Positions 8,870 through 18,035 of a DNA stretch of 58,727 nt are shown here, in pieces; the first letter of the stretch is position 1; every line of letters starts with the position of its first letter. Made by a program: the position numbers and the translations under genes. Origin of the DNA: Oceanihabitans sp. (GTDB taxonomy: Bacteria; Bacteroidota; Bacteroidia; Flavobacteriales; Flavobacteriaceae); NCBI GenBank assembly GCA_049614585.1, contig JBMZDY010000001.1, forward strand, positions 1-58,727, read 5' to 3'. The notes beneath the pieces were generated by a model. It made no database searches. It had not been told where the DNA came from and saw only the letters and a list, made by a program, of their open reading frames with translations.

Positions 8870-10018
8870 TTATAAGGTTAGTTTTTTATATATAATTGCT
8901 GTATTACAGCCTCCAAATCCAGAAGCTGTTTTTAAAAAAGTATTTAATTGTTTAGATTTTGTTTTACGAATTACGTTAATTGGTTTTGAAACTCCTAAGG
9001 TTTCGAAACCTTTTGAAGCGTATAAGGTGTTGTTATGTAATGCATACATACCAACGATACTTTCTACCAAACCAGATGCGCCAAGTGTGTGGCCAAAATA
9101 ACCTTTTAAGCTATTAACAGGTATCTCTTGTAATTGCATTCTATTAAAGGCAATTGCCTCCATCTCATCGTTAAAAACTGTAGCTGTACCATGAGCAGAG
9201 ATATAATCTATTTCTGCTGTATTTATTTTTGCTTGGGTAACTGCGGCTTTAATACTTCTATATAACCCTTCGCCTGTTCTTGAAGGACCAGAAATATGAT
9301 TTGCATCGTTACAAGATCCTTCTCCTAAAATTTCGACACTTTTATTCGATAGATTTGTTTTAGAATTTGTAACTAAAACACTTGCTGCTACTTCCCCAAT
9401 ATTAATTCCGGTACGGTTTTTATCGTAAGGTTTACAAGGCTTTTCGCTTAATGCTTGAAAAGAATTAAAACCAGAAAGTATAAATGGTGTTACTACATCG
9501 CCACTTGTAATAAAAACATGATCGTATACATTTTCTTGTATATAGCGTTTTGCAATAGCAACTGCCAATACCCCAGAAACACATGCATTAGAGACTACTA
9601 TAGCATCGTTCTTAAATTTAAAAAAATCTTTTATTTGAGAACCTAGTTCGCTTAAATAAGCGCGATCTTTATGAAAAGGATTGTTTTCATCTAAGGCATC
9701 TATATTGCCTTTTGTTGTAGATATAATTAATCCTACACGTTCGTTTAAATTTAATTTAGAAGCTTCTATTACAGGTTGTAAAGAGCTAATAGTCATTTTT
9801 TCTAAACGCGTGTAATCTCCTTTTGGGTTTAAAGATTTAAAGGTGTTTTCTAATTTGTCTGTAGGTATTATAGAGCTATAAAAAGGTTTTTTTAATACCG
9901 AATTATTTTCGACACATTTTAAGCCAGAAACTTCGTTTCGAATATTTTCTACTACTGCTTCACTAGTAAAACCTAAGGCAGAAACAATATTGCTATATGA
10001 TAGGTATACTTTAGCCAT
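8870..10018 (-). CDS. Beta-ketoacyl-ACP synthase
   Basis: SNACVSG, SAHGTAT, GHTLGASG and SGFGG motifs. Confidence 0.92.
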   Translation of the reverse strand: MAKVYLSYSNIVSALGFTSEAVVENIRNEVSGLKCVENNSVLKKPFYSSIIPTDKLENTFKSLNPKGDYTRLEKMTISSLQPVIEASKLNLNERVGLIISTTKGNIDALDENNPFHKDRAYLSELGSQIKDFFKFKNDAIVVSNACVSGVLAVAIAKRYIQENVYDHVFITSGDVVTPFILSGFNSFQALSEKPCKPYDKNRTGINIGEVAASVLVTNSKTNLSNKSVEILGEGSCNDANHISGPSRTGEGLYRSIKAAVTQAKINTAEIDYISAHGTATVFNDEMEAIAFNRMQLQEIPVNSLKGYFGHTLGASGLVESIVGMYALHNNTLYASKGFETLGVSKPINVIRKTKSKQLNTFLKTASGFGGCNTAIIYKKLTL

Positions 10019-10451
10019 CTAGTAAATCAACATTTTTTTTCCAATCCGAGAAAAATTTTGGAATGGTTAACGAAAGTTCTCCTTCCCCAATTTTATCTAC
10101 AAATACTTGTACGGTTTCTCCTGTACAAACTAACTGGTTATTTTGGTTGTAAATTTCGTAATGAAAAATCATTTTAGCAGCCAGACAATCTACAAATATG
10201 GTTTTTATGGTAGCCACGTCGCCATAACGTAATGGTAATTTATGGTTGGTACTAGATTTTACTATTGGCGTAGCATAACCATGTTTTTTTTGGTCTAGGT
10301 ACGATATGCCGTGTTTTCTACCAAAAGATTCTCTGCCATCTTCAAAATATTGAATATAGTTACCATGCCACACAATCCCTAAAGGATCGGTTTCTACAAA
10401 GCGAACACGCACTTTGTTGGTGTGTACTAAATGTTTGGTTTTAGACGGCAT
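10011..10451 (-). CDS. Acyl-CoA/ACP thioesterase (4HBT/YbgC family)
   Basis: VRFVETDPLGIVWHGNYIQYFEDGR motif. Confidence 0.9.
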   Translation of the reverse strand: MPSKTKHLVHTNKVRVRFVETDPLGIVWHGNYIQYFEDGRESFGRKHGISYLDQKKHGYATPIVKSSTNHKLPLRYGDVATIKTIFVDCLAAKMIFHYEIYNQNNQLVCTGETVQVFVDKIGEGELSLTIPKFFSDWKKNVDLLDG

Positions 10452-11706
10452 TTTTATTTTTATAATATAAAATTGCTATTCCTGTTGTTGCTAAAAAAAA
10501 CAGTAGCAATAAGCTTATTTCTGGTAAAACATTGATTAAAGAACCATTACGCAAAAATACATCGTAAAATGCATTTAATCCCCAATTCATAGGTGAAATA
10601 TTAGATAGACTTTGCATAAATTTTGGCATAATAAAGACTGGTACCCAAACCCCTCCTAATGCGGCTAATATTACTACAAAAGTAGCACCAAATGGAGCAG
10701 ATTGCTCTTGTGTTTTTGCTATAGTACCCAATAGTAAGCCTAAGCCAATTGCAGCTAAACCAGCAAAAAAAGCAACAAGAAATAACAAGGGTAACCTTCC
10801 AGTAACATCTAAAGTTGGTAAGCCCATAGCAGGAAATAAATACACGCCAATTAGTAACATAAGCGTAAACTGAATTAAGCATACTGCTATATAAACAACT
10901 GTTTTACCACCTAATATTGTAGCATAATGCACAGGATTTGTACGTAAACGAACAAAGGTGCCTTGACTTTTTTCTTTTACCATGTTTATAGATAATGGAA
11001 CAATAATAAAAAAGATAGCAAAAAGGGTCCAAGCTGGTACGTTGTGTTGTACCGAATTTGGCAATATTTCTTCGGCATCTTTTTTAGGTAATATTTCTTT
11101 AAATTGAATAAAGTTTTCGGTTTCAAAAATAGCTTCGTTAGGATCGTCTGTAATTTGCTCTTGAAATGCTTTATAAATTGCCTGGGTTTCCATTTTGGAA
11201 ATCATTTTATCAATTCCGTTTTTAACCGATAGTTTAAAGGATTGTTGTGTAGCAGGATCGAAATATAGTATTACTTCTTTTTTTTGAATAGCTTCGGTTT
11301 TGGTACTTGTTTCTTCTTCTACCTCAAACTTAGCAAGTATATTATCTACATTTTGTTGTACTTTTTTTTCTAAATCGGAAGATAAATTTTTGGGAATTAT
11401 AATTGCCAATTGGTTTTTTCCTGAAAAAACGAAATCTCTAGCCTTTGTTTCCGTTTCGGTTTTAATAATTTCGAATGCATTTGTCTTTGCGAATTCTTTA
11501 ACTAAAGTATTCGAAATTTCTCCTTGGTCTAAATCTACAAGCAGTACTTCAATTTTTGTGTTACTAACCGTTTTAAAGGTGCTGTCTTGTATTATGGTTA
11601 TGGTAATAATTAACACCAATGGCATAATAAAAAGCACTACCAAGCCACCAAAATCTTTAATTAGTAATAAGTACTCTTTATATGTAGAAGCCAAAAGTTT
11701 ATGCAT
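10441..11706 (-). CDS. ABC-2 type exporter permease
   Basis: N-terminal TM helix, large extracytoplasmic loop, EKSQGTFVRL, several C-terminal TM helices, SPMNWG. Confidence 0.92.
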   Translation of the reverse strand: MHKLLASTYKEYLLLIKDFGGLVVLFIMPLVLIITITIIQDSTFKTVSNTKIEVLLVDLDQGEISNTLVKEFAKTNAFEIIKTETETKARDFVFSGKNQLAIIIPKNLSSDLEKKVQQNVDNILAKFEVEEETSTKTEAIQKKEVILYFDPATQQSFKLSVKNGIDKMISKMETQAIYKAFQEQITDDPNEAIFETENFIQFKEILPKKDAEEILPNSVQHNVPAWTLFAIFFIIVPLSINMVKEKSQGTFVRLRTNPVHYATILGGKTVVYIAVCLIQFTLMLLIGVYLFPAMGLPTLDVTGRLPLLFLVAFFAGLAAIGLGLLLGTIAKTQEQSAPFGATFVVILAALGGVWVPVFIMPKFMQSLSNISPMNWGLNAFYDVFLRNGSLINVLPEISLLLLFFLATTGIAILYYKNKNAV

Positions 11707-12439
11707 GATCTCGAAGTGCTTTACCTGTTAAACTTAAAAATACATCTTCTAGATTATGTGCATTGTGTTTTGCTATTAAATCTTCGGGTTTGCCTTGGGT
11801 TATTAATTTTCCATGATCTATTATGGCAACTTTAGTACAAAAATCTTCTGCTTCGTTTAGGTGGTGCGAAGTGTAAATAATAGTTGTTCCTTTTTTGTTT
11901 AATCCTTTTAGAAAATCTATAATCACATTTTTAGACTGTACATCTACTCCAACGGTTGGCTCGTCTAAAAATAAAACTTTTGGCTCGTGTAATATGCTTG
12001 CTATAAGATTTATGCGGCGTTTCATACCACCAGAAAAAGATTCTATTTTTTTATTAGCAAATTGCGATAAACCTAATATTTCTAAATAAGAATTTATTTT
12101 AACGTTTAGTTTTTTTCCTTTTAAGCCATACATGCTTCCAAAGTATTTTAAGTTTTCGAAAGCAGTAAGTGTTGGGTATAATGCATATTCCTGAGGCACG
12201 ATACCAATAAGTTGTTTTAGTTGTTTTTTGTTTTTTTTATAGGTTAAACCCGCTATAGAGAAAGTGCCAGATGTAGGTTTAATAAGTGAGCACAAAATTG
12301 ATATTAGCGTTGTTTTTCCAGCGCCATTAGGGCCAATTAATCCAAATATTTCTTTTTCGTTAATAAGCAAATCTAAGTCTGCTACCGAGTAATTATCGGC
12401 AGTTTTATATTTTTTAGAAATTTGTTTAATTACTAGCAT
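11699..12439 (-). CDS. ABC exporter ATP-binding protein
   Basis: Walker A GPNGAGKT, signature FSGGM, Walker B LFLDEPT. Confidence 0.96.
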   Translation of the reverse strand: MLVIKQISKKYKTADNYSVADLDLLINEKEIFGLIGPNGAGKTTLISILCSLIKPTSGTFSIAGLTYKKNKKQLKQLIGIVPQEYALYPTLTAFENLKYFGSMYGLKGKKLNVKINSYLEILGLSQFANKKIESFSGGMKRRINLIASILHEPKVLFLDEPTVGVDVQSKNVIIDFLKGLNKKGTTIIYTSHHLNEAEDFCTKVAIIDHGKLITQGKPEDLIAKHNAHNLEDVFLSLTGKALRDHA

Positions 12440-13438
12440 TTACTTAATTGCCTGCTTTAATTTTTTAAAGAAAATTTCTTCCTTATCTGCAATAGCTTCT
12501 AATTGTAGAGCGATATGGTTATAGGTTTCTTCTTTAGCGCTTCTGTTTTTATAAATTCGGGATGCTGCAAGTGCAAAATCTCTCCAAGAATCTCCAATAA
12601 GAGTCATTTCTTTAGAAAGGGTATTTAGTTTTTCGTTTTGTAATATTTTACTAGCTTCTTGTAAAAATGCTGCATAAATATACCGAAATCCGCCACCTCC
12701 TGTGCCTATTTCTTCTTGCATTCTAACAATTTGACCTAGATAATGATTGGCTTTGCGAATCCCTTTTTTACGTGGCCATTTACGAATTAATTTTGCGGTA
12801 TATCGAATTCCTTTAACTCCTAAAACAGGCATTGGTGCTAGCATATCTCTACACGTATGTTTAATGCCTTTTAGTATTGCACTTTCTATTTGCAGTTTTT
12901 CAGGAAAATTTGTTGGGTAATATATATGTCCTTTTGGAGCAAATGCGCCTTTAGCAAATCGTACACTTTCTAATTGTGCTGCGGTTAAAGTGGTAACCGT
13001 TTCCATAACGGGATCGCTTATTAAATAGTTTTCTTGTTCTTTTCCATAAACTACTAAATTATGTGCGTTAAAATGAAAACGATATTCGTCTGGAAAATAT
13101 ACCAAATTATAAACGCCAACTTGTAACCCAACTGGGTTGTTGTTTTGCAAGTTTTCGTCTAAACGATCTTTCGCTTTTTTAGGGTCTTTAAATTTTTCTT
13201 TTTTTATTTTTATTCCTACTCGTTTTGCAAATCTTTTAAAAATAACACCAGGCATCGCACGATAAGTAAAAGCAGGAGCGTGGTTAACCATTAAAAAAGG
13301 AATGTAACAAAAAAGCAAACCCGAGCCAATACCAAATGCCATGGGTTCGCTAATTTGGTAACCGTGGTGTTTCATTAAATTAGAAATCACACCATTTTCG
13401 CAATGTGCAGATTGATGGTGTGTAAATTTAATTTCCAT
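12440..13438 (-). CDS. BtrH-like (papain/C39-fold, DUF4872-type) protein
   Basis: N-terminal SAHCENG (Cys), FNAHNLVVYG (His), ISDP (Asp); C-terminal EEIGTGGGGFRYIYAAFL. Confidence 0.8.
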   Translation of the reverse strand: MEIKFTHHQSAHCENGVISNLMKHHGYQISEPMAFGIGSGLLFCYIPFLMVNHAPAFTYRAMPGVIFKRFAKRVGIKIKKEKFKDPKKAKDRLDENLQNNNPVGLQVGVYNLVYFPDEYRFHFNAHNLVVYGKEQENYLISDPVMETVTTLTAAQLESVRFAKGAFAPKGHIYYPTNFPEKLQIESAILKGIKHTCRDMLAPMPVLGVKGIRYTAKLIRKWPRKKGIRKANHYLGQIVRMQEEIGTGGGGFRYIYAAFLQEASKILQNEKLNTLSKEMTLIGDSWRDFALAASRIYKNRSAKEETYNHIALQLEAIADKEEIFFKKLKQAIK

Positions 13439-13835
13439 GTTCTATGTTTTTTAATTGGGCAATACTAATATTAAAAACAGCGGCGTATTTTTGAAGTGTT
13501 TTTTGAGATAATTTTTTAAATACTTTTGGTTTAAAATGGCGTTTCACTCGCCATTTCCAAAAACCTACATAGTTTGCTAATATGCTAACATCCATTTTAT
13601 GCAATTCCATATAATATTCTAGTGGGCTAGTTTGATTATTTATTACACGGTTTTTTGTGTTTTCTACTCGTTTGTTAATTTCGTCTATTGCATTATCTAG
13701 AGCTATTGTTTTTGGTTTCCATCCAGTACTTTTGGCAGTTGTATATTCGCCATTTTCATCAACAGCATAGCAAAGTTCTTTAAAACCTGTAGTTTCTATA
13801 TTACTTTTGTCTTGTGGTACTTCGCTTTTTTTCAT
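13428..13835 (-). CDS. Hypothetical protein with a C-terminal XRE-like helix-turn-helix pattern
   Basis: MDVSILANYVGFWKWRVKRH...LQKYAAVFNISIAQL; overlaps the BtrH-like gene. Confidence 0.6.
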   Translation of the reverse strand: MKKSEVPQDKSNIETTGFKELCYAVDENGEYTTAKSTGWKPKTIALDNAIDEINKRVENTKNRVINNQTSPLEYYMELHKMDVSILANYVGFWKWRVKRHFKPKVFKKLSQKTLQKYAAVFNISIAQLKNIEHGN

Positions 13836-13846
13836 TTTTTAGAAAA

Positions 13847-14302
13847 TTAAGAACCTACTTCTTGAATAAATAAATTCATTTCACAAGATAATAATTCTAT
13901 GTTATTGCTTGATATAGAACAATTAATAGTACATATACTATAATTCTTGGAGTCGAATCTAGATATTAATGTTGCCTTAGAAACAATGGTTTCGTTTACT
14001 TTAGGACAGTTGTAAATGGAAACTTTTTTAATAGCGCTAATAAAGCCTATTAGTTGGTTTCCTTCTCCTTCTAAATCGTCTTCATCAAAATAACTTTTTC
14101 CTACTATAGAAGAGCACGTTTGTGCAGCATTCTCTACTAAGCCAACTTCATTAAAAATATTATTATGAACAAAGATGCAATCTTGCTTTATTTTAAACGA
14201 TGTAGATACATGGTCGTCGCCAATAGATAACACGTGATCTACCATTAAAAAAGGTGCACGATGCGGTAAAAATTTAGCGATATCTAGTTTGTCTAAACGC
14301 AT
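13847..14302 (-). CDS. Hot-dog fold dehydratase-like protein (ApeP-like)
   Basis: LPHRAPFLMVD and GLVENAAQT motifs. Confidence 0.8.
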   Translation of the reverse strand: MRLDKLDIAKFLPHRAPFLMVDHVLSIGDDHVSTSFKIKQDCIFVHNNIFNEVGLVENAAQTCSSIVGKSYFDEDDLEGEGNQLIGFISAIKKVSIYNCPKVNETIVSKATLISRFDSKNYSICTINCSISSNNIELLSCEMNLFIQEVGS

Positions 14303-14730
14303 TAGCTTGCTATAACAGTTTTCATTTCGCCAGAAGCTATTTCTAAACCGTCTTTAAAAACCGAAACGGAAACCATTGTTACGCCGTTAAATTCGTGTAA
14401 AATAGAAACATTGGTGGTTATTTTTTCGTTTAGCTTTGGTAGTGTTTTTATGCTTACTTTTTTTATAGAACCAATATAACCTGTAGGTGCTTGTTCTCCT
14501 TTTAAAAAATAATCGTAACCAGTATGTAGGGCAACCGTTTGCGCCATGTTTTCTATAAGTCCAGGCTCTAAAAACAAGTTGTTTTTTACAAATAAGTTAT
14601 CTTTTAAAATGGTAAAACTGGAACTTACTTTGTTTTCTGAAAAATCCAGCAATGTATCTACCATGATAAATGGTGATTTTTGCGGAATTAAATGCGAAAT
14701 ATTATGTGTTGGTAATTCTGGCGCTTTCAT
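14302..14730 (-). CDS. Hot-dog fold dehydratase-like protein (ApeP-like)
   Basis: IPQKSPFIMVD and GLIENMAQT motifs; paralogue of its neighbour. Confidence 0.8.
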   Translation of the reverse strand: MKAPELPTHNISHLIPQKSPFIMVDTLLDFSENKVSSSFTILKDNLFVKNNLFLEPGLIENMAQTVALHTGYDYFLKGEQAPTGYIGSIKKVSIKTLPKLNEKITTNVSILHEFNGVTMVSVSVFKDGLEIASGEMKTVIAS

Positions 14731-14731
14731 T

Positions 14732-15865
14732 TTAACAAACGGTTAAAAGTGCATATGCATAAGAAAAACGTGCGCTTTCTGGAACCGAAAGAAGTATTTT
14801 TTCTCCTTTTTTAAGTTTTTTGGAAGCTACCAATTCTTCTAGCATAATATATATAGATGCTGCACCTACATTACCAACTTTGTCTAGGTTTAAAAACCAC
14901 TTTTCTTTAGGAATTTCTACTCCTTGCGCTTTCATTTCGTCGTATAAAGTATCTTTAAAATAATACGATGAAATATGTGGTAAGTAATACGAAATTTCTT
15001 CAGGTAATATATTATTTTTTTGCAGTGCCTTTTTAAGGCTGTCTACGCCGTATACTAAAATGTTTTCACCTAATAATTTTACATCTTGCTTAACTGCAAA
15101 AAGAGAGTTTTTTCCCCAATCGTCTGACGAAAATTCACTCCAAGGTTTTAAATGACCGTTGTCTAATTTTACACCTCCAGAATACATACATGCTTCGTTT
15201 AGGTGTGCATACGAGAAGCCTTCCATCCATTCAATTTTTAAAGGGAAATCGCCATTAGGCTTATTTTCTAGTAAGAATGCTCCTGCTCCATCGGATAGCA
15301 TCCAGCGTAAAAACTCTTTTTCGAAAGCTAGTATAGGTCTTTCGTTTAATTTTTTTAATTCTTCAATCTCATCTTTGTAAATAGTAGATTTTAATCTAGA
15401 AGAAGAACGTTCTGATCCTGTACAAACAGCATTGTTTGTTTGGTTAGCCTTAACAGAAAGGTAGGCATATTTTAACGCGTTCATACCAGAACAACATGCT
15501 CCAGATGGCGAATTAATTTCCATATTTCCATTTTTTAAAAACCCATGCACCATTGCTGCATGCGATGGAATTAATTGGTCTGGACTTGTTGTGCCACAAG
15601 AAAGTAATTCTATTTTATCTGCTCCAAATTTGTCGTCGCAAAGTAATGACACAGCTTCCTTGGTTAGTTCGGCATTGTTGTGTGTTATTTCTCCTGCATC
15701 ATTAATAGCATAATATCTCGTTTTAATTTTATTTTGGCGAAGCACAATTTTTCTTGCTCGAGATACATTTCCATTAATGATACCCAATTTAGATTCCATT
15801 TCATCGTTTGTTACCGGTTTGTTTGGTAAAAATTTTGAAACTCTTGTAATATAAACGTCTTTCAT
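14732..15865 (-). CDS. darB: FabH-like ketosynthase of dialkylresorcinol synthesis (DarB/StlD family)
   Basis: GACCSG, LPHISS and GNVGAAS (Cys-His-Asn); FLRWMLSDGAGA; VPESARFS; adjacent to darA. Confidence 0.88.
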   Translation of the reverse strand: MKDVYITRVSKFLPNKPVTNDEMESKLGIINGNVSRARKIVLRQNKIKTRYYAINDAGEITHNNAELTKEAVSLLCDDKFGADKIELLSCGTTSPDQLIPSHAAMVHGFLKNGNMEINSPSGACCSGMNALKYAYLSVKANQTNNAVCTGSERSSSRLKSTIYKDEIEELKKLNERPILAFEKEFLRWMLSDGAGAFLLENKPNGDFPLKIEWMEGFSYAHLNEACMYSGGVKLDNGHLKPWSEFSSDDWGKNSLFAVKQDVKLLGENILVYGVDSLKKALQKNNILPEEISYYLPHISSYYFKDTLYDEMKAQGVEIPKEKWFLNLDKVGNVGAASIYIMLEELVASKKLKKGEKILLSVPESARFSYAYALLTVC

Positions 15866-15874
15866 TAATTCCTT

Positions 15875-16798
15875 CTATTTAATTTCTACAGATGAATAAT
15901 ATTTTTTGTCTTTTTTTATTTTAGGTATAAAAAATATATAAGTGAACAAAAATAAGATAAAAACTATAGGCGCAATAACCCAAATGGCAAATAATAGGTA
16001 ATAATTAAAAATTTTTTCCCAAAATTGGCGTTTTTTACTGTTTTTCTCTCCTTTAGAAAAAATTATTGCTGCCCATTTAGAAAAAATTACGTTTGCACGC
16101 TTGTCTGTGGTTATTAAAAATGGTTTAATTTTTACAGCATTTTCCTGCAAAAGAGCATTTTGTAATGTATTAAAATTATTTTTAGGTAAATGATTTGCAA
16201 TTACTTTTCCGAATTTTTCTGACTCGTCAATATCTTTTTGAGACACTCCAGGTTTCGGAAAAATACCCCAAACCCGATCTTTTTTACCGCTTAGCATCCA
16301 TTTACCAATGGTTACTACACTTATGTGATTTAAATGCCTGTCTGCAAGAACAATATTACCAACTAAATTTGCTTGTAGTTCTTGAAGCTTTTTCTTCATT
16401 TTTTCTTGCGCCATAATCCACATATTTCTACAGCCTATTACAGTTATTACTGGAGTTTTATGAAGTAATTTTTTTGCTTCTGGCGTGTTTAAAAACGAAT
16501 TTGCTGGTATAGATGGTGTTAAATACCAAATTTGATAACCAAGTATAATTAAATCGTATTTTTTATTTACAATTGTTTGTGGTAAAGGTTTTATTTTACT
16601 TGGTATTTGCAGAAAGGATTCTGGGAAGCAACCAAAAAATTCTTTTTTATTCCAAGGGAATGGAAAAGGCTTTTCCATTTCTATAGCACAGTAATCTATT
16701 TGTACCTCTGCATCTTTTTTTAATGGGGAAACAATATTGTTGACAATTTCGGTTAATTGCCCAGATTGCGAATAATGGATTACTAGAATTTGCTTCAC
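15875..16798 (-). CDS. darA: Dialkylresorcinol condensing enzyme/aromatase DarA
   Basis: GTG start; flavodoxin-like ILVIHYSQSGQL, FPFPW, YQIWYLTPSIP, GCRNMWIMAQ. Confidence 0.88.
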   Translation of the reverse strand: MKQILVIHYSQSGQLTEIVNNIVSPLKKDAEVQIDYCAIEMEKPFPFPWNKKEFFGCFPESFLQIPSKIKPLPQTIVNKKYDLIILGYQIWYLTPSIPANSFLNTPEAKKLLHKTPVITVIGCRNMWIMAQEKMKKKLQELQANLVGNIVLADRHLNHISVVTIGKWMLSGKKDRVWGIFPKPGVSQKDIDESEKFGKVIANHLPKNNFNTLQNALLQENAVKIKPFLITTDKRANVIFSKWAAIIFSKGEKNSKKRQFWEKIFNYYLLFAIWVIAPIVFILFLFTYIFFIPKIKKDKKYYSSVEIK

Positions 16799-16882
16799 GA
16801 TTAGCGTTTTAAGATTCGTAATTTCGGAAAATAAAATTTAAAAATAGAATTAATAGCTTTAAATTATTTAGCTAGTATTTAT

Positions 16883-17773
16883 TTAAGAATTGGTATTATT
16901 TCTTTCCCAAAAATCGAAATAATTAAACCATTGTAAAGGATGAGATTTTAAGGTTCTCTCTACGCTTAATGTGTATTCTTTTAATAAAGCTTTTGCATCG
17001 CGATGCTTTACTTTAGCTTGCCTTGCTATAAGGTGGTAATGTTTTTTTGGCTTTTTAATTACATAAACAAAAAGCACAGGTACTTGCAATCTAGATGCTA
17101 TTAAAAATGGTCCAGCAGGGAATTTTGCCTCTTGACCTAATAGTTCTTGAGTTAAATACTTAGAGCCTTTTATATAGCGATCGCCAGTAATACATACTAT
17201 TTCGTTTCTTGCAAGTGCGGCATTAATTTCGAATATATGCGAAAGATCGTCTTTAATTATAATTAAGTTTATATTCGATTTTTTACCTACACTATCTAAA
17301 TAGTTTTTTATTGCTGTGTGCTCAACATCTGTAGTTAATAGGCTAATGGAAGCATTTTCTTCTAGCTCGCCAAAAAAATGTTCTGAAATTTCGAAATTAC
17401 CAACATGCGCACTTATTAAAATACCTCCTTTTTTTTGTTTTAAGGTTTCTTTTATTAAATCTACACCGTCTGATTCGTATGTGAATTTTTTGCTTAACCC
17501 AGAGGAAATAGCAATTTTGTCTAAAATAGTTTGGCCAAACACAAAATAGCTCTTGTAGATACTAATTAAGCTTTTTGTTTTAGAGTATTGTAATCGTTTT
17601 CTAAAGTAGTAGTATATGGCTTTGGTGCTATCTGCAGCAAAAAAACAAAAATAAAAAGCAACAAAATATAATATAAAGTATGCAGAGCGCATACCAAAAT
17701 ATTTCATAGAGGCTACAAATATTTTATATCCTAGAACGGTTCCTCTAGATTTACCTTGCCAATCTGCAGCCAT
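16883..17773 (-). CDS. LpxL/LpxP-family acyltransferase
   Basis: SAHVGNFE (HxxxxE), TGDR, FPAGPF and PLQWFNYFDFW motifs. Confidence 0.9.
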   Translation of the reverse strand: MAADWQGKSRGTVLGYKIFVASMKYFGMRSAYFILYFVAFYFCFFAADSTKAIYYYFRKRLQYSKTKSLISIYKSYFVFGQTILDKIAISSGLSKKFTYESDGVDLIKETLKQKKGGILISAHVGNFEISEHFFGELEENASISLLTTDVEHTAIKNYLDSVGKKSNINLIIIKDDLSHIFEINAALARNEIVCITGDRYIKGSKYLTQELLGQEAKFPAGPFLIASRLQVPVLFVYVIKKPKKHYHLIARQAKVKHRDAKALLKEYTLSVERTLKSHPLQWFNYFDFWERNNTNS

Positions 17774-17789
17774 ATTATATGTAGGTTGG

Positions 17790-18032
17790 TTAACCTATTT
17801 TGTTTTCTATAAGTGAATAGAAATCTTGAAGAGTATTAACGTTTACAAAATCTTCGCCAACTAGTTTTACACCAAAATTGGATTCTACTGCTACAACAAG
17901 ATCTACAAAATCTAAACTATCTAATTCTAAGGTTTCTTTTAAATTAGCTTCTGGAGCTATATCCTCTGCATCTACTTCAAATTCATCAATAAGAAAGTCG
18001 TTTATCTTGTCTATAATAACTTCTGTAGTCAT
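17790..18032 (-). CDS. Acyl carrier protein
   Basis: 80 aa, acidic, LELDSLDFVD. Confidence 0.95.
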   Translation of the reverse strand: MTTEVIIDKINDFLIDEFEVDAEDIAPEANLKETLELDSLDFVDLVVAVESNFGVKLVGEDFVNVNTLQDFYSLIENKIG

Positions 18033-18035
18033 TTT

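Noticed and set aside
5526-16817. Similar intergenic words tagcgttaagattc (5526-5539) and tagcgttttaagattc (16802-16817)
   Set aside because: Only two copies, differing by an indel and at different distances from start codons; cannot be told apart from chance by eye
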